Assembly (NCBI RefSeq): GCF_963921235.1
Contig: NC_086109.1
Span: 4,776,001 to 4,840,000 of the forward strand
Length of the DNA stretch: 64,000 nt
Reading direction: 5' to 3'
DNA from: Mobula hypostoma
Taxonomy: Eukaryota
Part shown: piece by piece, positions 1-9,945 of the stretch
Layout: every line of letters begins with the position of its first letter
Numbering within the stretch: the stretch's first letter is position 1
Program-made: the position numbers and the translations under genes
Notes under the pieces: model-generated
The model's input: only the letters and a program-made list of their open reading frames with translations
Told to the model about the DNA's origin: nothing
Database searches by the model: none

Positions 1-1016
1 CCAACACTCACTACTTTATACCAAGTACAGTTCTCATCTTTTTTTCCTCAAGCAAGGTCCTCGATGCAGAGTTGACAGGTTTCATTTCTTTTTCCACAGA
101 TGCTGCTTGACTGGCTGAGATCTTCCAGTGTTTGTATTTTTGTTGCAGATTCCTGCATCTGCAGTTTCCTTCCTCACTCAACGTGTTCTGGTTGATGTCT
201 GGCAAAGAGATCTGGACCTTTGAGTCCCGAATACAGACAAGAAACAGAGGTCCTTCATGGTCAGTATGGACATAGGAGGGTTAAAGGTTTCTTTCTGTAC
301 CGTACAACTAAACAGATGTGTAGTGGAGAGTGTATCGACTAGCTGCATCAAAATCTGGTATGGAAAAACCAATACCTTTGAATGCAACTTACTACAAAAG
401 GTGCTAGATTCAGCCCAGTATATCACAGCCATATCCCTCCCAGCTATTGAGCACATCTACATGAAATAGGTAGGAAAGCAGCATCCATCATCAGAGATCC
501 CCACCACCTAGGCCAAGCTCTTTTCTCGCTGCTGCCATCAGATAGAAGGTACAAGAGCCTCAGGACCCGCACCAGCAGGATCAAGAACAGTACTATCCCT
601 CAACATCAGGCTCTTGAATAAAAGGGGATAATGACACTCACTAGCCCATCCATTGAGATGTTCCCACAATCAATGATCTCACTTTAAGGAAGTTTGTTGT
701 CTTCTGCACTCTGGTTGATCTTTCATTGATCCTGTTATAGTTACTATTCTATAGATTAGCTGAGTATGCCCACAAGAAAATGCATCTCAGTGTTGTATAT
801 GCTGACGTACATGTACTTTGAACTTTACACCCAAAGGCAGATGGCTTGCTGGGTGGTGCTGCTGACTGGGCCGGAATGGAACATCCCACACTGTATCTGA
901 AGGGGTATGAGCCAAGTAGCACTTGTTGGGGAGCAGCCTTGGTTGGCAGGGATGGGTTGGGACAAAGAGACAATTTTAATGTTGTACAACTTTATAACTC
1001 GTATTTGGTATTCTCC

Positions 1017-2057
1017 AAAGGAAGAGCCAAAGAGTGGTAGTAGAGAATTGCTTCTCCGAGTGGAGGCCTGTGACTAGTGGTGTGCCACAGGGATCAGTGC
1101 TGGGTCCATTGTTATTTGTCATCTATATCAATGATCTGGATGATAATGTGGTAAATTGGATCAGCAAATTTGCTGATGATACAAAGATTGGAGGTGTAGT
1201 AGACAGTGAGGGCAGCTGGAAAAATGGGCTGAAAAATGGCAGATGGAGTTTAATACAGACAAGTGTGAGGTATTGCACGTTGGAAGGACAAACCAAGGTA
1301 GAACATACAGGGTTAATGGTAAGGCACTGAGGAGTGCAGTGGAACAGAGGGATCTGGGAATACAGATACAAAATTCCCCAAAAGTGTCGTCACAGGTAGA
1401 TAGGGTCGTAAAGAGAGCTTTTGGTACATTGGCCTTTATTAATCAAAGTATTGAGTATAAGAGCTGGAATGTTATGATGAGGTTGTATAAGGCATTGGTG
1501 AGGCCGAATCTGGAGTATTGTGTTCAGTTTTGGTCACCAAATTACAGGAAGGATATAAATAAGGTTGAAAGAGTGCAGAGAAGGTTTACAAGGATGTTGC
1601 CGGGGTTTGAGAAACTCAGTTACAGAGAAAGATTGAATAGGTTAGGACTTTATTCCCTGGAGCATAGAAGAATGAGGGGAGATTTGATAGAGGTATATAA
1701 AATTATGATGGGTATAGATAGAGTGAATGCAAGCAGGCTTTTTCCACTGAGGCAAGGGGAGAAAAAAACCAGAGGACATGGGTTAAGGCTGAGGGGGGGA
1801 AAGTTTAAAGGGAACATTGGGGGGGGGCTTCTTCACAGAGAGAGTGGTGGGAGTATGGAATGAGCTGCCAGACGAGGTGGTAAATGCAGGTTCTTTTTTT
1901 AACATTTAAGAATAAATTGGACAGATACATGGATGGGAGGTGTACGGAGGGATATGGTCCGTGTGCAGGTCAGTGGGACTAGGCAGAAAATGGTTCGGCA
2001 CAGCCAAGGAGGGCCAAAAGGCCTGTTTCTGTGCTGTAGTTTCTGTGGTTTCTATGG
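1017..2057 (+). mobile_element. CR1 LINE 3' fragment (RT C-terminus and tail)
   Basis: [36 protein letters not shown]; small internal deletion; short tandem tail. Confidence 0.92.
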
Positions 2058-2390
2058 TAGTGGAGGTGCGAGGAGAGAGGGGTAAGAGGGGAGTCAGAAT
2101 GGAGAATGGAAAAAGAGAGAAGGGGAGGGGGAGAAATTACTGGCAGTTAGAGAAATCCATGTTCACGTCATCTGGTCTACTCAAAATGGGCAGTGAGGTC
2201 TGTTTTTTTTGCCAAGACAGTTAACGCTTACAGCTCATTTGTTAATGTCAATCACTCACAACAACCAAAATTGCTTTTTTAAAAGTGAAGATTTCAGGAA
2301 GTGAACAAGATTGCAGTTGAGTAAAACATGTCAACCTTACAAAAATGATTTCACCATATTGTAGATAACAATTCTGCAGTATGTTGAAAA

Positions 2391-2945
2391 TGGGGTGTCA
2401 GGGAGGGGTAGCACCTCTGGTGGGGGAACATGTCGCGTCCTTTTCAGGGCGGTTGGTCCACCTTTGGTCTCCACCTGGCACTCAGCTCTCACCTGTGGCT
2501 CCCCGTAGCTGTTTGCATGCGACAGCGGCCATACCCTGGGCAACGGCTTCGACAAGCCGGCTAAACCAGGTGAGGGTAGCCGACGGGTCTCAAACCCTCG
2601 GTGAGATAGGGAGTTGTCTATTCCAGCATGTGAAGACAGACTCCGGTGGATTGAGCGGACGAGACCAATGGAAGGTCCAACGGTCAAGAAGGCGGTCTCT
2701 GCAAGCGTCGTGGAACGTGTAGAGCAGGACAAGACACAGAAGACGTCCTGGTCATCCACTGCGCCTAGTCCCATCTCCAGCCGTCTAGACTCTGTCTTGC
2801 CACTGGATTCAGATGGGAATTGGGAAGAGAGAGTGAGGCTGACACTGCACAACTCTCCCTCACTTAAATCCAAATCACGCGCTAGTCTCGACCCCATCAT
2901 ATTGGTGTCGAGGTCCTCATCGACGTCAATGATGGACGAACAAGA
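2391..2945 (+). mobile_element. Non-coding (non-autonomous) retroelement with target-site duplication
   Basis: GC-rich 555-bp insert flanked by ATGTTGAAAA (2381-2390) and ATGTTGAGAA (2946-2955); no credible protein. Confidence 0.7.
2392..2574 (+). ncRNA. HDV-like self-cleaving ribozyme (predicted)
   Basis: P1 GGGGUGU 2392-2398 / AUACCCU 2531-2537; P2 CUCACCUGU 2488-2496 / ACCAGGUGAG 2565-2574; P3 GGC/GCC; L3 starts UCC; GGGCAA; P4 CGGC-loop-GCCG; J4/2 GCUAA with C2561. Confidence 0.72.
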
Positions 2946-2984
2946 ATGTTGAGAAACAAGGTTACCAAAAAAAAACAGTGGTAT

Positions 2985-3625
2985 TGAACAAGAGAAAATA
3001 CGCAGATACTAGAAATCCAAGCAATACATAGAAAATGCTGGAGGCTAGGCAGCATCTATGGAAAAACAGTACAGTTGATGTTTCGGGCTGAAACCCTTCA
3101 GCAGGACTGCAGAAAAAAGTTGAGGAGTCTGAGTAAAAGGTTGGGGGGACGGGAGGAAGGAACACAAGATGATCAGTGAAACCGGGGGTGGGCTGGTGAA
3201 GTAAAGAGTTGGGAAATAGATTAATGAAAGCGATACAGGGCTGGAGAAGAGGGCATCTAATAGGAGTAGACACAAGGCCATGGAAGAAAGAAAGAGGGAG
3301 GAGCACCAGAGGGAGGCAATTGACAGGCAAGGAGATAAAGTGAGAGAGGGAAATGGGGATGGGGAATAGAGAATGGGGGGGGGTGTGGTGGCATTACTGG
3401 AAGTTCAAGAAATCGATGTTCATGCCATCAGGTTGGAGGCTACCCAGATGGAATACAAGGTGTTGCTCCTCCAACCTGAGTGTAGCCTCATCGCGACAGT
3501 AGAGGAGGCCATGGATGGACATATGAGAATGGGAAGTAGGATTAAAATGGGTGGCCACTGGGAGATCCCTCTTTTTCTGGCAGATGGAGCACAGGTGCTT
3601 GGCGAAGTGGTATTGACTGATCTCT
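2985..3625 (-). mobile_element. Penelope-like element 3' fragment (GIY-YIG end and terminal repeat)
   Basis: HLCSI...PVATHFN...RLEEQHLVFHLGSLQPDGMNIDF. Confidence 0.8.
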
Positions 3626-5599
3626 TGTGTGGAACGAAGGGGAGGAGAGTGCCCCCCCACCCCACCCCGGAATTCAGTGTACTATGGACGCCAATAACTG
3701 TTTTTTAATATGAATATAGTAACTGTATTGAAACCCTTAACCTTTGTATGTTTTTTGTCACTGAATGAAGTTTTATACGTTTTATAAAAAATAGAAAGGT
3801 GGGGAGTACAGCCTGGCCACAGGGCCGATACCAAACAAGATAGCCTTGTCGCAGCATCCATCAGCAGGGACCCCTACCACCCTGCTCGTCATGTTCTCTT
3901 CTCACTGCTGCCGTCAGAAGCCTCAGGACTCACCCCATCAAGTTCAGGAACAGTTATTACCCCTCAACCATCAGACTCTTGAACCAGAGGGGATAACGTC
4001 ACTCAGCCCAACAGTGAACTGCTCCCACAGCCTATGGACGTGCTTTCAAGGAGTCTTCATCTCATGTTCTTTGTATTTATTGCTTATTTATTTAGTATTT
4101 TGTTTTTATTTTATTTGTTTTTCCCCTCTTTTTGTATTTGCAGAGTTAGTTGGGGTTTTTTTGCATATTGGTTGTTGGTATTGTTTGCTGTACTTATATC
4201 CACAAGAAAGTGAACTTCAGGGCTGTATATTGTGACATATGTGTACTTAGATAGTAAATTTACTTTGAACGTTGATATTCTCGGGACACAGAGAAATTCC
4301 TGGGATAGTTTAAGTCAAGGTTTCCCATCCTGGGGCCTGTGGACTCCTTGTTTAGTTGTATTGGTCTATGGCATAAAAAAGGTTGAGAACCCTTGTTTAA
4401 GATAACTCCAACAAGGATCTAAACCAACAGTAGAATCAGGAAAATTCAGAAAGATTTGGTCCAGGTGTGGGTCAATGGGACTAGGCAGAGTAATAATATG
4501 GCGCGGAATCGATGGAACAAAGGGCTGCTTCTGTGCTGTAGAGCTCTGTTACTCTAAGACTCTAATAATAAAGCTGCAGGAATCCAAAGAACCCAACATC
4601 TGAATAATATTGATTCACAGATATACAAGCAAAGTGCTGAGGGATGGCACAATACTGTAGCAGTGAGCATAACATAATGACAGGAACGACATCCAGGTTC
4701 AATTCCCACCGTGTTTGTAAGTAGCTTGTAAGTACTCCCTGAGACGGCATCGGTTTCCTCCCACAGTACAAAATTGTACAGGTTAGTAGGTCACATGGGT
4801 ATAGCTGGGCGGCCGTGTCTCATTGGACTAGAAGGGCTTGTTACTGTGCTGCATCTCCACATTAAGTATATTTAATTAAAAAAAACAGAAAATGCACTAT
4901 GGCATCTACAGGTCTCTTCCAGTCACACTTAGAATGTCTAGAGCAGATCCAAGCTGTTCCATACAGTAAGGTTCAGCATATGGGCAGTTAGGATTCTTTA
5001 AATATAATGGCTCATGGATGATATAAAAGTAGAGGGTTATGTAGGAGGGAAGGTTTAAAGTAGGTCAAAAGGTCAGCACACCATGGGCCAAAGGGCTTGT
5101 ACTGTGCTGTATTGTTCCTATGATCTGAATGACAATAGTAAGAGTAAGGAACGAATTACACATTAAATGTTGGGTCTGGAAGACCGAAGTTATAAGGAAA
5201 GGTCGAATAGGTTTGGACTTTATTCCTTAGAATATAAAAGATTGAGCAGAGATTTGATAGAGGTACACAAAATTATGAGGAGTATACCCACTGAGGTTGG
5301 GTGGACTATAACCAGAGGTCATGGGTTAAAGGTGAAAGGTGAAAAGTTTAAGGGGAACATGAGGGGAAACCTTCACTCAGAGGGTCGTGAAAGTGTGGAA
5401 CGAGCTGCCAGCACAAGTGGTGCATGCAAACTCAATTTCAATATTTAAGTAAAGCTTGGATAGGTACGTAGATGGGAGGGCTATGGTCCTTATGCAGATG
5501 GATGAAAGTAGGCAGTTTAAATGGTTTGGCATGGACTAGATGGGCCAAAGGGCCTGTTTTTCTACTATAATCCTCTGTGACTCTAAATTGTCAATGTTC

Positions 5600-6187
5600 A
5601 ATTTGAAGTAGCAAAATACAAACATAAATTAAAATTAATTTCAGCATTTAGTATTTTATTCCATATTCCCGTTCAACACAGGAAACAGACATTTTGGTCA
5701 TCAGGTCTATGCTGTTCTGTGGTGGGATTAGTACAGATATGCATGGTGGTCAGCATAGACTCAATGGGCAAAAAGCCTACAGGTAATGGCTCTTCTGTCT
5801 ATGTTCCAGATCCCACTTATCCATACAAGAGTACAATTCACAGTGGGCAATTAACCTACTATCACACACATCTTTGGGATGTGGAAAAATGTCGAACATT
5901 CGGGGAGAGAGATCCACATGGTCACTGGGAGAACATACAAAGTCCACACAGACAGTGCCAGAGTTCAGGATTGAACACAGGTCACTGGAACGGTGAGGCA
6001 GTGCATGTACCAGTTAGGCCACTGGCCTGCACGCTGCACCATTCATACTGCAGCTCTGGGCAGGAACTCGCCACTGCCTCCTATTTGTCACTCACAGGTA
6101 GGCAATAAAATTTCAGTCCTGACCACGATGAAACATAACAAAATCTCAAATGATTCAATTCAGAATTGCTTTCAATTTCTTTTTCTT
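5600..6187 (+). repeat. 588-bp direct duplication, copy 1
   Basis: Appears identical to 9252-9839 (offset 3652). Confidence 0.95.
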
Positions 6188-7306
6188 GCCAATTTTATCA
6201 CTGTGAACATAAAAATCACTTCTTGTTTTCTTTAATTGGTTTACAATCGAGGACGAGAGTAGTAAACTGTATTCCATTTGAAGTTCAGTTCTTTGTTTGT
6301 ATAGCTCCTCAGAAGGAGCCATAACATATTTCTTATCAATTTCTTTAATCTTGTCCATAATTGCCATCTCCTCCTGCTTCTGTTTCTTCCTCAAAGCAGC
6401 GGAATACGAAATAATCTGACCCCGAATATAGGCTTTAAAAGTGTCCCAAAGAGTGTTAACCGAAATATCTTCTGTATGGTTAATTGTAAAAAAAAGCTCA
6501 ATCTGTTCATTCATAAAATTAACAAAGTCCGAGTCCTGAAGCAACAGCGAATTAAAACGCCATTGTCTATTGTTCGGTATATTGGCCATAATTTTAATAG
6601 AAAGCTTAAGTGGAGCATGATCCGAAATGGTTATAGAATCATAATCACATTCAATCACTGAAGGAATGAGACGAGAATCAATAAAAAAATAATCAATTCT
6701 TGAATAGGAATGATGAACATGTGAAAAAAAGGAAAAATCTTTTTCCTGAGGATGCAGAAAACGCCAAATGTCCGTCGACCCAGAATCAGAAAGGAAAAAA
6801 TTAATCAAATTTGCAGATTTATTAGGTAAAGTCCGTAAAGGAGCCGAACGGTCCAAAGCTGGAGATAAGCAGGTATTAAGATCTCCGCCCCAAATCAATG
6901 AAAACTCGTTCAAATTCGGAAACTGATCAAACAATGGTTTATAAAATTCTGGACAATCCATATTAGGAGCATAAACATTAACCAAAACTACTTTTTTATT
7001 AAATAGTAAACCACTAACCAATAAAAATCTACCATTCGGATCAGAGATAATATCCTGTTGTATAAAAGTAACTGAGGAATCTATAAAAATAGAGACGCCT
7101 CGAATCTTAGCATTGGAGTTCGAATGAAATTGTTGTTCCTTCCAGAATTTGAAAAAACGTAGTCTGTCCCCCCTCCGCACATGGGTCTCTTGTAAAAATA
7201 AAATTTGTGCTTTAAGTCTCCGGAACACTTTAAAAACTTTTTTTCTTTTAATAGGATGATTAAGACCATTAGTATTCCAGGAGACAAAATTAATAATAGA
7301 CTCCAT
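6188..7306 (-). CDS. L1 ORF2p N-terminal fragment (APE endonuclease)
   Basis: SWNTNGL, LQETH, NVYAPN, GGDLN, SRIDYF, SDHAP, WDTFKAYIRG; breaks off after SDKIGK. Confidence 0.9.
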
Positions 7307-8027
7307 AAATCCTAAAGTCAACCCACAACAAGGAGGATTGACAATAGGCGCGACCCACAAACCCGGAGAGGAAACAGAACATACAAAAGATACCAGGGAA
7401 AAGGACGCAACCAGTACTTCAATAATGTATATAGCCCAAAGAAAAACAAACTAAAACGTGAAGCCCCTCCCGCCACCCCCCAGCCCAAGACCCCAAGGCA
7501 AAATCTAAAGCAGACCCGCCAGAAAGAAGCAAGCGCTAAAACTACCCCCATGACTTCCGGTATACGCTCCCTAAAAAAAAGGTATAAATATGAAAAGGAT
7601 CAGCTAATTGTAAAACAGTAAAAAAAAAGTAAAAAAAAGTTAGCTCAATTAGAATACACACAGAACAGAACAAAAGCCGGAAAATATATATTAAAAAAAA
7701 CCACAATAAACCTCAAACTCATGAATAGACACAGCAACAAAAAAAAAATAGGATTATTAACATAAAGTGATTATAAAAAGCAAAACAGAATAAAATTTAA
7801 AAAAAACTACAAAATTTAAGGCCGCACAGGAAATACGTAAGATGACAAAAGGGAAGTAACCACCCAGAATCCCCTGGGAAAAGAAAGAAATGACGCAGTT
7901 AAAAAGAAAGTTTAGCAGCCATATTAAGAAATCGAAAGTAAACTTTTCTGCCCAAATAGGGCACAGAAAAGTTAAAACCAACCAATTCACAGCCTCCGAT
8001 CAACGGAGAAAATTAAAAAAAAGGCAA

Positions 8028-8927
8028 TTAAGATGTTGAAGATGAAAGTTGATCCAGATAACTCTGGGCATCCGATGGAGAATCAAAAAAACGAAGGGCT
8101 CCATCTAACATGCGAATCCTTAGACGTGCAGGGTACAGCAGCGCTGGTCTTAAATCCATCTTATAGAATTCCGACATCACGGATCTGTAACGGACCCGTT
8201 GGTCCCAGATTGGTTTACTGAAATCTTCCACGAATCGGAACTTAAGATCCGAAAAATCAATGAAACCTTTAGATCGAGCGAATCGAAACAGTCTCTCCTT
8301 GTCTTGAAAGTAATGAAAACGTAAGATAACATGCCTAGGTCTATCTGACCTAGACGAGTATGATGGGATTCTGTGAACACGATCCAGTAGCGGTGGTTGG
8401 TCAGGAAATACAGTAGGGAATGCATCTTTTAAAAGTTGGGAGAAATATTTCATAGGGTTGTTAGCTTCCACGGCTTCCCTGACGCCAATCATTTGTAAAT
8501 TCTGCCGTCGCATTCTAGATTCCAAGTCAGAGTTTTTAAAAGTCAAAAAGTCAAGTTTCTTCTTCATTACATTAATTGTTTCTTCGATTTTCCCCATCTT
8601 AAGCTCACTTTGTTGCGCGGATTTTTGAAGATCAGATATAGCCGACTGATGTTCCGCAATACATGTTTGCATCTTATCAATTAAATCGGCAATTTTCTGG
8701 AACTTAGTTGAGATTTCCGTATGAATCAGGTCTTTAACAAAGCCCGCAATTTCTGTACGAATCATCTCCCTAACAGAGGTTGAAATTTCCCTCTGAATTA
8801 ACTCCGATATCGCTTTCAAAGTCACCGGTGATTCAGTCGGAGGGAGATCCGTAGCTTTCGGTTTAACCGGAGGTTTACCATCCTTGCCGTCTTTCCCGTT
8901 CTTAGACATAGCCGATCTCAGTATCAT
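8028..8927 (-). CDS. L1 ORF1p (coiled coil, RRM, CTD)
   Basis: 299 aa; DLESRMRRQNLQMIGV, LDRVHRI, RPRHVILRF, LLYPARLRI motifs. Confidence 0.9.
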   Translation of the reverse strand: MILRSAMSKNGKDGKDGKPPVKPKATDLPPTESPVTLKAISELIQREISTSVREMIRTEIAGFVKDLIHTEISTKFQKIADLIDKMQTCIAEHQSAISDLQKSAQQSELKMGKIEETINVMKKKLDFLTFKNSDLESRMRRQNLQMIGVREAVEANNPMKYFSQLLKDAFPTVFPDQPPLLDRVHRIPSYSSRSDRPRHVILRFHYFQDKERLFRFARSKGFIDFSDLKFRFVEDFSKPIWDQRVRYRSVMSEFYKMDLRPALLYPARLRIRMLDGALRFFDSPSDAQSYLDQLSSSTS

Positions 8928-9251
8928 CCAATTGTCAGAGAATTCAGTTTAATTCAAAGTATTGTAAAAATTGATGCCTTAATAGTTAATTAAAGTATAG
9001 CTGACCATAGAGAAAAAAACTCAGAGGTAATGGAGCGAGTCAAGAACGCGACTTCACTCCATGAGCGCTACCGGAAGTCCCCCAAGAATCTATCAACCTC
9101 TACCTTAATTATACTTAATGACGGCCTCCACAGCCGCATGTGGCAACATAAGGTGCTTGGAAGAAGGTACAGAGGAGATGTCAGGGGTAAGTTTTTTTAT
9201 GCAGAGAGTGGTGAGTGTGTGGAAAGGGCTGCTGGCAACGGTGGAGTAGCA

Positions 9252-9839
9252 AATTTGAAGTAGCAAAATACAAACATAAATTAAAATTAATTTCAGCATT
9301 TAGTATTTTATTCCATATTCCCGTTCAACACAGGAAACAGACATTTTGGTCATCAGGTCTATGCTGTTCTGTGGTGGGATTAGTACAGATATGCATGGTG
9401 GTCAGCATAGACTCAATGGGCAAAAAGCCTACAGGTAATGGCTCTTCTGTCTATGTTCCAGATCCCACTTATCCATACAAGAGTACAATTCACAGTGGGC
9501 AATTAACCTACTATCACACACATCTTTGGGATGTGGAAAAATGTCGAACATTCGGGGAGAGAGATCCACATGGTCACTGGGAGAACATACAAAGTCCACA
9601 CAGACAGTGCCAGAGTTCAGGATTGAACACAGGTCACTGGAACGGTGAGGCAGTGCATGTACCAGTTAGGCCACTGGCCTGCACGCTGCACCATTCATAC
9701 TGCAGCTCTGGGCAGGAACTCGCCACTGCCTCCTATTTGTCACTCACAGGTAGGCAATAAAATTTCAGTCCTGACCACGATGAAACATAACAAAATCTCA
9801 AATGATTCAATTCAGAATTGCTTTCAATTTCTTTTTCTT
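9252..9839 (+). repeat. 588-bp direct duplication, copy 2
   Basis: Appears identical to 5600-6187. Confidence 0.95.
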
Positions 9840-9921
9840 TTAAACAAATTAATGAAATGTTTTGACAAGTACTGCATTTCAATCAATTTACTCTTGGAAA
9901 ATTATACAAAGGTTTACATAC

Positions 9922-9945
9922 CAACACTTGTTCCGACAGATCCAC
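9922..9945 (-). CDS. Micro-exon (G)GSVGTSV, candidate juxtamembrane/GPI omega region
   Basis: 24 bp, phase 1-1, acceptor tctcccaactaaag, donor gtatgt; small-residue peptide in non-repeat sequence. Confidence 0.6.

Larger units (their letters stand above)
1..2616 (+). repeat. Segmental duplication copy A (extends beyond window start)
   Basis: Matches 14371-16985 at offset ~14369; the ORF track repeats accordingly. Confidence 0.97.
6188..9083 (-). mobile_element. L1 LINE, 5'-intact and 3'-truncated (5'UTR, ORF1, T-rich spacer, ORF2 endonuclease)
   Basis: Starts GGGGACTTCCGG; uninterrupted ORF1 and ORF2 fragment; no RT domain or polyA. Confidence 0.92.

Noticed and set aside
2260..2273. 14-bp AILVV micro-exon (also in copy A')
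   Set aside because: A-rich acceptor and no compatible downstream exon visible.
2337..2952. ORFs of 112-187 aa within the GC-rich element
   Set aside because: No recognisable domain; explained by the GC content of a structured non-coding repeat.
4562..4600. DVGFFGFLQLYY* as a GPI-signal exon
   Set aside because: Weak acceptor, short hydrophobic run, runs into a repeat tail.
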